Positions 38,791 to 48,461 of a DNA stretch of 64,000 nucleotides are shown one piece after another. The DNA lies in NCBI GenBank assembly GCA_030602715.1, contig JAUVZD010000001.1, positions 364,557-428,556 of the forward strand. The letters run 5' to 3'. Each line of letters begins with the position of its first letter. The stretch's first letter is position 1. Under the pieces are notes generated by a model, which saw only the letters and a list, made by a program, of their open reading frames with translations, was not told the origin of the DNA and did no database searches. The stretch is from Candidatus Coatesbacteria bacterium. Its GTDB lineage: Bacteria; RBG-13-66-14; B26-G2; JAUVZD01. The position numbers were made by a program, and so were the translations under genes.

Positions 38791-39392
38791 CCCTCACCGA
38801 TGACATTGATGATTATGGGCACGCCCAGATTGTGCATCTCCTTGATGTTTTTGGCTATTGCCTCCGCCTGACCCCGCTCCTCAGCCTCTATGCCGGGATA
38901 TGCGCCGGCGCTGTCCAGGAAGGTGAGTATGGGGATGTTGAACTTGTCGGCGATGCGCATAATCCGAAGCGCCTTGCGAAATCCCTCGGGATGGGGAGAG
39001 CCGAAGTTACGCATCAGGTTCTCCTTGGTGGTGCGCCCCTTCTGATGACCGACGACGCACACCGTTTGCCCGTCCAGCCGCCCGAAACCGGCGAGGATTG
39101 CCTTATCGTCGGCGAAGAGCCTGTCGCCGTGCACCTCAACGAAGTCAGTTATCATCAGCTTGACGAAGTCGTAGGTGTAGGGGCGCCGAGGATGGCGCGC
39201 CACCTGCACCCTCTGCCAGGGATCAAGATTGGAGAAAATTTCCCGGCGCAACTCGTCGGCTCTGTTCTCCAGCTCCTCTATCTTCTGGGAGAGATCCAGC
39301 CCCTCCTCCTCCATCATCTTCTTAAGCTCGGCGACCTTCTGCTCCACTTCATATATCGGTCGCTCAAAATCCAGCACCCCGAATTCCGCCAT
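38391..39392 (-). CDS. accA: Acetyl-CoA carboxylase carboxyltransferase alpha subunit
   Basis: LDFERPI, ARHPRRP, HGDRLFADD, GHQKG, GAYPGIEAEERGQ, GEGGSGGAL, YSVISPEGCA. Confidence 0.98.
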   Translation of the reverse strand: MAEFGVLDFERPIYEVEQKVAELKKMMEEEGLDLSQKIEELENRADELRREIFSNLDPWQRVQVARHPRRPYTYDFVKLMITDFVEVHGDRLFADDKAILAGFGRLDGQTVCVVGHQKGRTTKENLMRNFGSPHPEGFRKALRIMRIADKFNIPILTFLDSAGAYPGIEAEERGQAEAIAKNIKEMHNLGVPIIINVIGEGGSGGALGIGVGNVVLILSNAYYSVISPEGCAAILWRDRAEAPESSRILRITARDLLKLGVVDEVVQEPLGGAHTDYEASAKALKEAILGHLKPLMKMGRRKLIEHRREHFRKMGYTSENPFDNSVFVDTRTV

Positions 39393-39426
39393 CTATGAAT
39401 ACCTCCGATTGAGGGGCGGGGGTTGG

Positions 39427-40332
39427 TCAGTCGAACAGTCTTCCTTGTTTTTGAAAATCGGCGATACGCTTATCTGCCAATTGACAATATTTTTTATCTA
39501 TCTCATACCCGACAAATTTTCTTTCTAATCCCAAAGCGGCAATAGCCGAAGCCCCACTGCCCATAAAAGGGTCAAGGACAACATCGCCATTGAAAGTATA
39601 TAGTTGGGTCAATCTATATGGTAGCTCTATCGGAAAAGGAGCAGGATGACCAACTTTTTTCGCCGACTCCGGCTTGAAACTCCAAATGCTTTTGGTGAAC
39701 TCTAGAAATTCGTCTCGGGAGATAGTATCTTTACGATCACCCATCTTCTTCCTGGAAAAAGAACCTTTGGAGAATACCAAGATATATTCGTGGATATCTC
39801 GCAGAGTGGGATTTGAAGCCGAAAGCCAACTTCCCCACGCAGTAGAGGGACTTGAGCTCTCCGCCTTGTTCCAAATTATCTCACCCCGCATAAGAAAGCC
39901 TAAATCAAGCATATCTCGGATTATAAAAATATGGAGGGGGATATAAGGTTTTCTCCCCAGGTTAGCTATGTTAATACACGCCCTTCCGCCGGGTACCAAA
40001 AGGCGATATACTTCCTCCCAAACCCGCTTGAGAAATTCCAGGTATTCCTCCAAGGTCAAATCTTGGTCGTAGTCCTTTCCCACATTGTATGGGGGTGAGG
40101 TCACCATAAGATGTATACAGGAGTCTGGTAACTCATCAATTCTTTCCGATGATTTACAAAGGATTTGGTTCAGGTATTGCTGAGGGACTGGGTTTTCTAC
40201 ATATTCTAATTTCGTTTCTTGAGGCAATCCCTCATACAAACGGCTGGAATAAAAGGAAGAAGAGTCGTGACCTATTCTTCCCGGTGAGCCGAAAGACGAA
40301 GTGCGAGTGTTTCTTTTTTTAGACGAGGACAT
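39427..40332 (-). CDS. Amino (N4-C/N6-A) DNA methyltransferase, beta class; partner of the ThaI-like REase
   Basis: VTSPPY precedes LDPFMGSG; HPAPFP. Start overlaps the REase stop region. Confidence 0.93.
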   Translation of the reverse strand: MSSSKKRNTRTSSFGSPGRIGHDSSSFYSSRLYEGLPQETKLEYVENPVPQQYLNQILCKSSERIDELPDSCIHLMVTSPPYNVGKDYDQDLTLEEYLEFLKRVWEEVYRLLVPGGRACINIANLGRKPYIPLHIFIIRDMLDLGFLMRGEIIWNKAESSSPSTAWGSWLSASNPTLRDIHEYILVFSKGSFSRKKMGDRKDTISRDEFLEFTKSIWSFKPESAKKVGHPAPFPIELPYRLTQLYTFNGDVVLDPFMGSGASAIAALGLERKFVGYEIDKKYCQLADKRIADFQKQGRLFD

Positions 40333-40969
40333 TGCTGTCACCCTCCTTCCAATAGTCAACCCATCTCTTATAAGGATTATATTCTATCTTTGACCTCTGC
40401 CATTGTATATAAATAGCAATGGTCTCTTTGTCTTCTGCTAATGTTTTAAGGGCTTCTCCATCGATCTCCACGCCCCTAGGATTAGTTCCCGGTTTAGGCA
40501 ATTTAATATAGACATCCCTACCTATCCTGTTAAAAAGCTTCCTCTGAACTTTAAGTGGGATATAATAAAATCCCCCGCAATCATTCCAGTTGATTTGAAT
40601 GAAAAGCATATCATAACTAGGGCGGTAATTCTCCCGAAAATCACTTGCTTTCTGGATGTCAACTGTCCAAATTAACTTTACCCCGCTAAACCTAGTACTA
40701 GTAATAGTTTTTATTGCAATCGGACTACCAAACAGTCTTACATCCACCTCTGGCTCGGTTATAGGTATTTCTATATCTACATTTTCCTCGCCGAACTTAT
40801 AAATTAAAAGAGCCACAACTATCCTCTCCCTTAGTGACCCAACCTCCATCCCAATCCTTCCCGCCCTTGAACTCTCAATTTCCGCCAATTGAAATAGAAA
40901 GGGCAAACGTTGTTTGATTCTATAAACAAGTTTTTCATCCTCAAACAATTCTTTAAATTGACCTAGCAT
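40319..40969 (-). CDS. ThaI-family type II restriction endonuclease
   Basis: LPFLFQLAEIESSRAGRIGMEVGSLRERI, EPEVDV, AIKT, KLIWTVD and PGTNPRGVE recalled as ThaI-family motifs. Adjacent to an MTase. Confidence 0.8.
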   Translation of the reverse strand: MLGQFKELFEDEKLVYRIKQRLPFLFQLAEIESSRAGRIGMEVGSLRERIVVALLIYKFGEENVDIEIPITEPEVDVRLFGSPIAIKTITSTRFSGVKLIWTVDIQKASDFRENYRPSYDMLFIQINWNDCGGFYYIPLKVQRKLFNRIGRDVYIKLPKPGTNPRGVEIDGEALKTLAEDKETIAIYIQWQRSKIEYNPYKRWVDYWKEGDSNVLV

Positions 40970-41050
40970 TCTTCACCTCAAAAAATACGGTCAAACCTTC
41001 TCTACTCCAAAAAAAACCCTCCAAAACTTAAAAATAAACATTAGGTTGCA

Positions 41051-41150
41051 CTACCATCTTAACATTACTGCCTTCCCCACATTCCTCTCCCAGAACACAC
41101 CGTCCTCATATCCCTGAATACGCCCATCACCCTCCATCTTCGCCATCCCC
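41051..41150 (-). pseudogene. Diverged 3' stub of the 42701-43660 DNA methyltransferase
   Basis: Reads MEGDGRIQGYEDGVFWERNVGK versus AEEDGRIQGYEDGLFWERNVVGK. 41079 aligns to 42741. Confidence 0.85.
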
Positions 41151-41239
41151 TCATCCTTAAACCAAAAAACATTATCATTGGGGCTTGGAAGAAGCAGGAT
41201 AATCAAACTGCTCTACCCTATATTATACCAAATCCCGAC

Positions 41240-41960
41240 TCACTTCAGACAGTAGAGATACCCGTCCCAGCTCCCGAAATAGACCCTGCCCCCCACCACA
41301 CAAGGGGATGAAAACACGTCGTCCCCGGTCTCAAACTCCCAGATTAGCTTGCCGCTGTCAGCAGAGAGACAGTAGAGGCGGTCGTCCTCACTGCCCACAT
41401 AGACCCGCTCATCAACCACACAGGGGGAGGAGAGCACATCATCCCCGGTCTTAAACTTCCAGATAAGCTCGCCGTCAGCAGAGGACAAGCAGTAAATATG
41501 GTCGTCCCTGCTCCCCACATAAACCCGGTCAGCGACCACACAGGGGGAGGAGACCACTTCACCCCCGGTCTCAAACTTCCAGATTAAACTACCGTCCTCA
41601 ATTGAGAGACAGTAAATATTACCGTCGTCACTCCCCACATAGACCATCTCATCATAAAAACAGGGGGAGGAGCGGACCCAGTCCTCCGCCTTGAACCTCC
41701 ATGCAAAACCGCCGTCATCGGCGAAAAGACAGAAGATGTCACCTGCAAAATTTCCAATGAAAACCCTGCTCTTCACAACCAGGGGGGAAGAGAGGTCCCA
41801 CTCTCCTATCCCAAATCTCCAAATCAGTTCGCCGTCGGCGGCAGAGAGACAGTAGAGACGGTCATCCCAACTCCCGGCATAGACCCTGCCCTCCACCACA
41901 GAGGTAGAGGATATCACCATATCGCCGGTCTTAAACTCCCAGATTAATCTGCCGTCGCCA
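41240..41960 (-). repeat. About six tandem 120-nt (40-aa) coding repeats
   Basis: The CCCCGGTCT(C/T)AAACT(T/C)CCAGAT-like motif recurs with an exact 120-nt period near 41322, 41443, 41563, 41683, 41803 and 41923. Confidence 0.85.
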
Positions 41961-42694
41961 GCCGAGACACAATAAACATAACCGTCGTCACAGCCGAAGT
42001 AACACCTCCCGTCCACCACCGCAACTCCAGAATGACAATCGCTATCACCCCGTCCCTCCTGATAGGTGGAGAACTGCCAGATGACATTACCGGTCCGGGA
42101 ATCCACACAGTAGAGCCCATCCCCCTCATCGTCATAACCCGCATCCCCTTCCGAGGTAACATATAATCTCCCGTCAACCAGGGCGAAACGATTGCCCAAA
42201 CCCATGTCCCCCATCGGCGTCTTCCAGGCTAACTCGCCCTCCGGCAATATTCCCGAATCAACACCGCCCTTGTGAGAGGGCTCAAGCCCAAACATATACC
42301 AGTTCGGGGGCGAACCCCCATAAACCGAACTCAAACAGACATCGCCCTTATAAACCGCCTTCAGCCAGCCCTCAAATCCCTCCACCGTCCTGCACTTCAC
42401 CCACACTCCATTGCGCTCCATAACCTCTATTCTATCTCCTTTATCAAATATGTATTCTCCGTTCACCATCTTGGAATCTAAAGAGCGGGAAACTCTCAAG
42501 GACAACCCATCGGCTAAGATATAGAAGAAGGCACTCTTTCCCCCTTGGTCCTCCCTCCCCTTCCCCTCACAACTCCCCTGCACCACATCGCCGATCTCTC
42601 CGTCTGCTTCCTCTCTCTCATATGACACAAACGCCAACATTAGAAGCAGAACGAACATAACCGGAAATAGACCGTATTTCATAAACCTTGACAA
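41240..42694 (-). CDS. Membrane-anchored SH3-like plus PQQ-type beta-propeller repeat protein
   Basis: N-terminal TM, GDRIEV...WVKC...EGWL (SH3b-like), repeated SSPCVV.RVYVGS.D..LYCLSA.DG.LIWKF.TG units. Confidence 0.88.
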   Translation of the reverse strand: MSRFMKYGLFPVMFVLLLMLAFVSYEREEADGEIGDVVQGSCEGKGREDQGGKSAFFYILADGLSLRVSRSLDSKMVNGEYIFDKGDRIEVMERNGVWVKCRTVEGFEGWLKAVYKGDVCLSSVYGGSPPNWYMFGLEPSHKGGVDSGILPEGELAWKTPMGDMGLGNRFALVDGRLYVTSEGDAGYDDEGDGLYCVDSRTGNVIWQFSTYQEGRGDSDCHSGVAVVDGRCYFGCDDGYVYCVSAGDGRLIWEFKTGDMVISSTSVVEGRVYAGSWDDRLYCLSAADGELIWRFGIGEWDLSSPLVVKSRVFIGNFAGDIFCLFADDGGFAWRFKAEDWVRSSPCFYDEMVYVGSDDGNIYCLSIEDGSLIWKFETGGEVVSSPCVVADRVYVGSRDDHIYCLSSADGELIWKFKTGDDVLSSPCVVDERVYVGSEDDRLYCLSADSGKLIWEFETGDDVFSSPCVVGGRVYFGSWDGYLYCLK

Positions 42695-42700
42695 CTCTCA

Positions 42701-43660
42701 TCACCCCTCACATCCACCCCCGACCCTCATCTTTCCAACGACATTCCTCTCCCAGAACAAACCGTCCTCGTAACCCTGAATACGCCCATCCTCCTCCGCC
42801 ATCGCCAGCCGCTTCTCCGCCAGAAGACAGTATTCCAGCTCACGCTCTATGCCCACATAACGGCGACCCAGCTTCTTGGCGGTAACCGAGGTGGTGCCAC
42901 TGCCCAGAAACGGGTCCAGGACCACATCGCCGGGGTTGGAGGAGGCGAGTATCACCCGGGCGAGCAATTTCTCCGGCTTCTGGGTGGGATGGTCGGTGTT
43001 CTCCGCCATTGACCAGAAGGGGACGGTCAGGTCGGTCCAGATGTTGGATGGATGGGTCAGGCGAAAGCCGCCGTCCTTCTCCCTCCGCCAGTCCTTGGGC
43101 TCACCCTCTTCGGTGGTATAGGGGGCAATCACCCTCCGCTTCAACTTCACGTCCCGAACATTGAAAGTATAATCGTCCGAGACCGTCCCGAACCAGATGT
43201 CCTCGCAATTGTTCTTCCAGTTACTGCGAGCCCCCCTTCCCTTCTCCCGCTCCCAGGTGATGCGATTGCGGACGATGAAGTGTTTTTCCATCACCCCATA
43301 GACCGATGTGGAGGTGAACCACTCACTGCAGATATAGACCGAGGCGGTGGGCTTGAGCAAGCGAAGCATCCGGGAGAGCCAGCCCTCCATCCAGGCGGAA
43401 TACTCCTCCCCGCCAAGGCGGGGTGAAAAACCGCCTCCGCCGAATTTTTTGCTAATGTTATAGGGGGGGTCAATGAAGAGCAGGTCCACACAGGAGGAGG
43501 GCAAGAACTCCAGGGCGGAGATAGTATCCTGATGGATGGTGCGGTCTAAAATTTCTCCGAGTTCGGCTCTTTCCTTCAGGGTCAAGAGATGCCGATTAAG
43601 TTCCTCCCGCTCCTCATCGGTCAGGACGATGGTTCGGTTCCTGGGCGCCCGAGGACCCAA
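42701..43660 (-). CDS. Orphan amino DNA methyltransferase, beta class
   Basis: FIDPPY, TWEREKGRG, HPTQKPEKL, LDPFLGSGTT. Confidence 0.93.
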   Translation of the reverse strand: MGPRAPRNRTIVLTDEEREELNRHLLTLKERAELGEILDRTIHQDTISALEFLPSSCVDLLFIDPPYNISKKFGGGGFSPRLGGEEYSAWMEGWLSRMLRLLKPTASVYICSEWFTSTSVYGVMEKHFIVRNRITWEREKGRGARSNWKNNCEDIWFGTVSDDYTFNVRDVKLKRRVIAPYTTEEGEPKDWRREKDGGFRLTHPSNIWTDLTVPFWSMAENTDHPTQKPEKLLARVILASSNPGDVVLDPFLGSGTTSVTAKKLGRRYVGIERELEYCLLAEKRLAMAEEDGRIQGYEDGLFWERNVVGKMRVGGGCEG

Positions 43661-43682
43661 AGCGTCTCTCCCCGCAATAGAA

Positions 43683-44537
43683 CTAGAAATAGGTTTTAAA
43701 GGTCATCGCCAGGGCCCGATACCACTTGCCGGCGTCTTCGCGGTCCAGAAGTTTGGTCTTATCCTTCTGGTTCTCCAGCAGGTTCATCAGATAGAACTCC
43801 ACATTGAACTCCGGAGCCACCCGCCAACGGATGCCCAGGTCCAGAAATCCCCGCTTACCGCCCAGAGAGTAGTCGCTGTTGTCGTTCAAACCCAGGTCAT
43901 AGTCCAACAGTATCCAGAAGTCCGGGTTGATGGACTTCTCCAGAGCCGCATAGGCGGTGATACCCCCCTCATCACTGCGCTCGGTAATTGCATAATTGAC
44001 GCCAATGTGAAAAGCGGTCACCCCCAAAAGAGAGAACTCCTGGCTGGCTACCAGGAAGAAGCCCTTGGATTTTACCTGATAGCGGCTGAAGTCCTCACTG
44101 ACCCCCTCCCCCTTCAGTTTAAAGGGATTGACCCCGTCCAACCAGGGACCGAAACCCTGGTCATCGTAGCCGAAGCAGACCGCCGGGACGATACTGTTCC
44201 CCTGGGTGATGGATATCTTCACCAGAAAGCCCGGTCGGGGATTCCAGTCCGGTGGACCATAGCCGATGACATTTGAACCGCCGTAGGAGATACCCAGGGT
44301 CAGATGATTGGTCAGCCCCAGCTCCCCACGGAAGAGGAAGGGCAAAAGACGGAGCCCCAGCTCCCAACTCCCTTTCTCCTTGGTCCAGGCGGTGGGGCTG
44401 TTGATGACCCTCCCCTCGCCGTAGGGAATGTAGCGTCCGCCCAGGGTGGTTCCGCTCTCCACCTGAGCCGGGGCTTCCAGTGATGAAATGGATATCACAA
44501 AAATTGCCAGAAGTAACCCGCCTAAAATTCTCTGCAT
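43683..44537 (-). CDS. YjbH-like outer-membrane protein
   Basis: Signal peptide, INSPTAW, GISYGGSNVIG..PPDWNPRPG, beta-strand pattern, terminal aromatic residue (KTYF). Confidence 0.7.
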   Translation of the reverse strand: MQRILGGLLLAIFVISISSLEAPAQVESGTTLGGRYIPYGEGRVINSPTAWTKEKGSWELGLRLLPFLFRGELGLTNHLTLGISYGGSNVIGYGPPDWNPRPGFLVKISITQGNSIVPAVCFGYDDQGFGPWLDGVNPFKLKGEGVSEDFSRYQVKSKGFFLVASQEFSLLGVTAFHIGVNYAITERSDEGGITAYAALEKSINPDFWILLDYDLGLNDNSDYSLGGKRGFLDLGIRWRVAPEFNVEFYLMNLLENQKDKTKLLDREDAGKWYRALAMTFKTYF

Positions 44538-44570
44538 CTCACACTCCCCCGTTTTTTTGTGGTTTTAGGA

Positions 44571-44599
44571 ATTATATTGATTTTACACCTGAAAGTCAA
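44571..44599 (-). promoter_or_regulatory. Sigma70-type promoter of the 43683-44537 gene
   Basis: TTGACT-17 nt-TATAAT on the minus strand. Confidence 0.75.
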
Positions 44600-44681
44600 G
44601 CCATTATAATTTGGGCGGTAAAAGGAAAGGCGGTTCTATACCGCCATATGTGCCTCATTACATATCCGCCCTGGAATGTGC

Positions 44682-45950
44682 TTACTTCCCCTCACCTGCC
44701 TCCTTATTCCGTCCTCGTCCCCTCTCCTCTTCCTCTGTGGTGGCAATTATCGCCCATCTCACCCGGCGCTCATCGGCATCCTTAATCTCAATGGAGACGT
44801 TATCCTCCTGGATAACCTCCCCCGGCAGAGGAACCCTCTCCAGTTGTTGGAGGATGTAACCCCCAAGCGACTCAAAATCCTCGCTGGGAAGGTCTATGCC
44901 CAAAGCCTCGTTCAGCTCTTCAATATCTATCTTGGCGTTGACCAGATAACGACCGTCGCCCAACCTCTTCACCAACGGCTCCTCAAAGTCATACTCGTCC
45001 TGAATCTCCCCCACAATCTCCTCCATTATGTCCTCAATAGTTACAATACCGGCGGTTCCACCGTATTCATCTACCACGATAGCCATCTGTATCTTATCCC
45101 TCTGGAACTCACTGAGCAGTTGGTTTACCCGCTTGGTTTTGGGGACGAAATACGGCTGGCGAAGATAGTCCCCCAGCTTTCCCCCCTGCTTCTTGATCCG
45201 CAAGAGCAGGTCTTTGGCGTGGATGATGCCGATGATGTTATCTATAGTCTCCTCATAAATGGGAATGCGAGAGTGTCCGCTCTCTATGATCAAATCCTCA
45301 ATCTCCTCCACCGGGGTCTCAATATCCGCCGCCACTAAGTCAATGCGGGGGACCATAATCTCCTTGGTCTGGGTGTCACGGAAATCTACGATACCCCGAA
45401 TCATCTCCTTCTCCTGCTCTGCCAGGGGCTGTTGGTCATCGGCGTAATCCAGAAACTCGGAGAGGTCCTCCCGGCTATCAATCAAGTCGGGACGATAGTC
45501 CTCTCGTAAAAAGAAAGCCTCAAGAGAACTGCCCAATACCCGTGCCAGCCAAGCCAGGGGAAATATGAGGAAGGATAACAGGAAGAAGGGATATACCAAA
45601 ATTTCCAGCAATCTGAAATTCTGGAACATCCGTCCCAATTGGTGGGCAAGATGGCGGACGACGACCAGAACGCCAGCCAGAGCGGAAGCGAGCGCCAATC
45701 CGCTGAACAGCCAGTCAAGTCTGAATAAAGGAAGGAATAGCGAAATCAAAAAGAGGGCGGCGACCGTCTCCAGCAAACGCATAAAGAATACCACCTGGAA
45801 ACGAAAGCGTCCCCAAATTGATTTTATCTTACCGTTCTTTTTGGAGGAATTTTCCCGAAAGAGGACATACGGCTCAAGGAATGAAGCCAGGAAGAAGAGC
45901 AAGAACCAGGCTATAATCTGAATATATATGGGCAACTCATCTAAGCCCAA
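44682..45950 (-). CDS. Hemolysin-family/CorC protein (CNNM TM, CBS pair, CorC_HlyC domain)
   Basis: EIMVPR, GHSRIP, PYFVP, AIVVDEYGGTAGIVTIEDIMEEIVGEIQDEYD, SLGGY. Confidence 0.93.
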   Translation of the reverse strand: MGLDELPIYIQIIAWFLLFFLASFLEPYVLFRENSSKKNGKIKSIWGRFRFQVVFFMRLLETVAALFLISLFLPLFRLDWLFSGLALASALAGVLVVVRHLAHQLGRMFQNFRLLEILVYPFFLLSFLIFPLAWLARVLGSSLEAFFLREDYRPDLIDSREDLSEFLDYADDQQPLAEQEKEMIRGIVDFRDTQTKEIMVPRIDLVAADIETPVEEIEDLIIESGHSRIPIYEETIDNIIGIIHAKDLLLRIKKQGGKLGDYLRQPYFVPKTKRVNQLLSEFQRDKIQMAIVVDEYGGTAGIVTIEDIMEEIVGEIQDEYDFEEPLVKRLGDGRYLVNAKIDIEELNEALGIDLPSEDFESLGGYILQQLERVPLPGEVIQEDNVSIEIKDADERRVRWAIIATTEEEERGRGRNKEAGEGK

Positions 45951-45985
45951 AAGTTAAGGCACCTCCTTTAGCATTTTAGCCAATA

Positions 45986-46360
45986 TCAGTCCAGGTAGAG
46001 GTATTTTCCCGCCAGTTCCTCATCAAAGTCAAAGACATCTGTGAAATCCTCAACGCTGTCCTGCTCGGTCTTGCCCATCAGTCCGTTCTCAACCAGGGTG
46101 AAAACGATATTTCCAAAGTCAACGGTCTCCTTTATACCCCAATTGCGCAGAACATCAGCAGCCAAAGGACCGAAGAGCTCCTTAGCATAACGACTGATAC
46201 CTGAGAGAAACTCCCTTCCGCTAATATGCCGTTTCTCATCAAGTAAATTCAAGGTGTAAGATAAAGCTGCCAGGACAAACCCGTATGCTTCTATCCTATA
46301 ACGGCCGTCCTCTCTTAGAATCTTGTTCAAGACAAGCTTTATCTTCAAGCTATTGAACAT
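45986..46360 (-). CDS. Minf_1886-like conserved hypothetical protein
   Basis: DGRY..EAY.FV..AL, RHISGRE, FGPLA..VL..WGI..T.DFG.IVF.LVE.GLM....DS..DF. Confidence 0.8.
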   Translation of the reverse strand: MFNSLKIKLVLNKILREDGRYRIEAYGFVLAALSYTLNLLDEKRHISGREFLSGISRYAKELFGPLAADVLRNWGIKETVDFGNIVFTLVENGLMGKTEQDSVEDFTDVFDFDEELAGKYLYLD

Positions 46361-46557
46361 CTCTCCCTCACTGTGTATCCAAACCCAAGATTATCATAAC
46401 ACCAAAACAATGAAAAATCAAGCAAGAAAAGACATCCCTCAAAGCACTTCCCCCAAAACCAGGGCAAACTCCATACCGGCACTCAAAATCAACCATACCA
46501 CAATTTCAGCCCCTTTACGATTTTCCAAGACACAATCTTCACGCTTCCAGCCCCGGC

Positions 46558-47838
46558 TCAGTCCCTCTCCCTCAATCCTCGCACCTCCTTCAGCTCACGG
46601 CTCATGGAGCCCAAGGGGTTCCGCGACGGGGGCACATGGTATAACCTCAGAGGTGCGGAAAGCGAGCTCGCCCAGCAGACGGTGAACTCACCAAAGCGGT
46701 CGTTCAGCTTATCTATCGCCGAAATCAGCGCCTTGCGTTTGCGCTCTCTGGCGAAGAGGGGGCGACTCTCCCCGCCGACCGCCAACAGGCTCACGCTCAC
46801 CCCCACCAGCCGCACCGCCCGATGCCTGATGCTTATGCGGGAGAGAACCCGAAGCGCAGTCCGGTATATCTCCCCTCCCTCGTCCACATAGTACTTCATG
46901 GTGGTGAAGCGGGTGACGGTCTCAAAGTCCTTGAAGCGCAGGGTCAGCGCCACCCGCCGTCCCCGGTAGCCCTTCATGCGCAGGCGCCGTCCCACCTGCT
47001 CGGAGAGACCCAGCATCACCCCCCGCACCACCGCCGGGTCATAAGTGTCTGCCCGCAGGGTGATGGAATGACCCACGCTCTTGGCGTCCTCGGGGCGATA
47101 GTAGGGCACCAGCGGAGTGTCGTCCCGCCCCTGCCCCATCAGCTTCAGCCGCTCACCGTTTATGCCGAAAATTCCCCTCAGCACCCGCACCGGGAACCGC
47201 CCCAGCTCCCCGCAGGTGTGGACGCCCCGGGCGCCGAGATGGACGCCCAGCCTCCTGCCGATACCGGGCATCTCCTCAACTGGAAGCTCCTCCAATACCT
47301 TAGGCAAATCCTGGCGGGAAAAGACGGTGCGCCCCCTCGGCTTGACCCAGCCGGAGGCAAGCTTTGCCATCAGCTTGTTGGGAGCCAAGCCCACCGAGCA
47401 AGGCAGTTCCAGCTCCCTGCTCACCGCAGAGAAGACCTCCTCCGCCAGTGCGGTTGCGCCCTTCCTCCCCCCGCCCCGCTCCGCCACCGCCCGGCTCGCC
47501 TCCAGATAGAGCTCGTCTATGGAGGCGACCTCCACCTCCGGTCCGAAGCGCTCCAGCAGCGCCAGCAGGCGGGAGAGGGTGGAGATGTAGCGGGCCGGGT
47601 TTCCGCAGACCACCACCAGATGGGGGCAGAGCCTCCTGGCGTCGCCTACGGGCATCCCCGCCTTGATGCCGTATTCCCGCGCCGGATAGCTGGCGGTAGC
47701 CACCACCGAGCGCCCCTTGGGGTCGCCGGTCACCACCAGGGGCTTCCCTTTCAGCGCGGGATTGACCTTCTCCTCAATGGAGGCGAAGCAGGCGTTCATA
47801 TCCAGATGAAGAATCCAGCGTGGCGGTTGCTCAGACAT
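46558..47838 (-). CDS. dinB: DNA polymerase IV (Y family)
   Basis: HLDMNACFASIE, SYPAREYGI, ASIDE, SVG.APNKLMAKLAS..KP, GIG, SVGHS.T. Confidence 0.96.
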   Translation of the reverse strand: MSEQPPRWILHLDMNACFASIEEKVNPALKGKPLVVTGDPKGRSVVATASYPAREYGIKAGMPVGDARRLCPHLVVVCGNPARYISTLSRLLALLERFGPEVEVASIDELYLEASRAVAERGGGRKGATALAEEVFSAVSRELELPCSVGLAPNKLMAKLASGWVKPRGRTVFSRQDLPKVLEELPVEEMPGIGRRLGVHLGARGVHTCGELGRFPVRVLRGIFGINGERLKLMGQGRDDTPLVPYYRPEDAKSVGHSITLRADTYDPAVVRGVMLGLSEQVGRRLRMKGYRGRRVALTLRFKDFETVTRFTTMKYYVDEGGEIYRTALRVLSRISIRHRAVRLVGVSVSLLAVGGESRPLFARERKRKALISAIDKLNDRFGEFTVCWASSLSAPLRLYHVPPSRNPLGSMSRELKEVRGLRERD

Positions 47839-47879
47839 AAGAACCCCCTCCCCCCCGCCAGAGGCGGGGGAGAGAGGAT

Positions 47880-47908
47880 ATTATACTCTACATTTGTTGA
47901 GCTGTCAA
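47880..47908 (-). promoter_or_regulatory. dinB promoter with candidate LexA operator CAACAAATGTAG (47888-47899)
   Basis: TTGACA-gct-CAACAAATGTAG-ag-TATAAT, the same layout as the lexA promoter. Confidence 0.8.
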
Positions 47909-47952
47909 GGGGGAAAATGGGGGACAAGGTATAGTAGACTATTGAAGAAAAC

Positions 47953-47981
47953 TTGACTAGTATGGAGGATTGTGTTATCTT
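47953..47981 (+). promoter_or_regulatory. Promoter of the AT-rich three-gene island
   Basis: TTGACT-17 nt-TATCTT with TG at the extended -10 position. Confidence 0.55.
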
Positions 47982-48048
47982 TGTTAAAAATATTTGAAGA
48001 TTTATCTAAAGAACATGATAGAATTGCTAATTGTAACTTTAGGAGAAA

Positions 48049-48459
48049 ATGATGATTAAAAAACTCTCAACTTCAGATCCATATAAGTCTATGTGTAGCG
48101 ATTTATATTCGTTAGGAATATTTGACAAAGTTATCAATGGACTACTATCAATAACGGAAAAGAATGACACAGATCAAACGATAATAATTGAGAGGAAATT
48201 TACAAATAACTCTGGAATTGATATAAGTTTTGGATATTACTTCATTCAATGCCTAAATTCCCCCTGTGAGGAAGAACATCTAAAGCATTTCCGAGGTTCT
48301 TTGGAAACCTTTGTAAAACGAAAAACAAAATGTAACTATATGGAGGTAGAACCAATTGTTATTGCTCCGGAATATAGCGATGTTGTTATTAATTTTATTG
48401 ACCAATATAACAGGATACAAAGGAGAAAACCAATAAAACTATTTAGATATGGAGAATAA
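48049..48459 (+). CDS. Hypothetical protein (AT-rich island gene 1)
   Basis: 136 aa with AGGAG RBS. C-terminal IVIAPEYS...IKLFRY resembles the tail of NucS/Mrr-like folds; no clear catalytic motif. Confidence 0.7.
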   Translation: MMIKKLSTSDPYKSMCSDLYSLGIFDKVINGLLSITEKNDTDQTIIIERKFTNNSGIDISFGYYFIQCLNSPCEEEHLKHFRGSLETFVKRKTKCNYMEVEPIVIAPEYSDVVINFIDQYNRIQRRKPIKLFRYGE

Positions 48460-48461
48460 CT

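Noticed and set aside
41240-41960. Regular 120-nt periodicity as a possible CRISPR array
   Set aside because: The repeats are in-frame 40-aa propeller blades with no unique spacers.
46822-47934. 370-aa plus-strand ORF
   Set aside because: Antisense shadow of GC-rich dinB.
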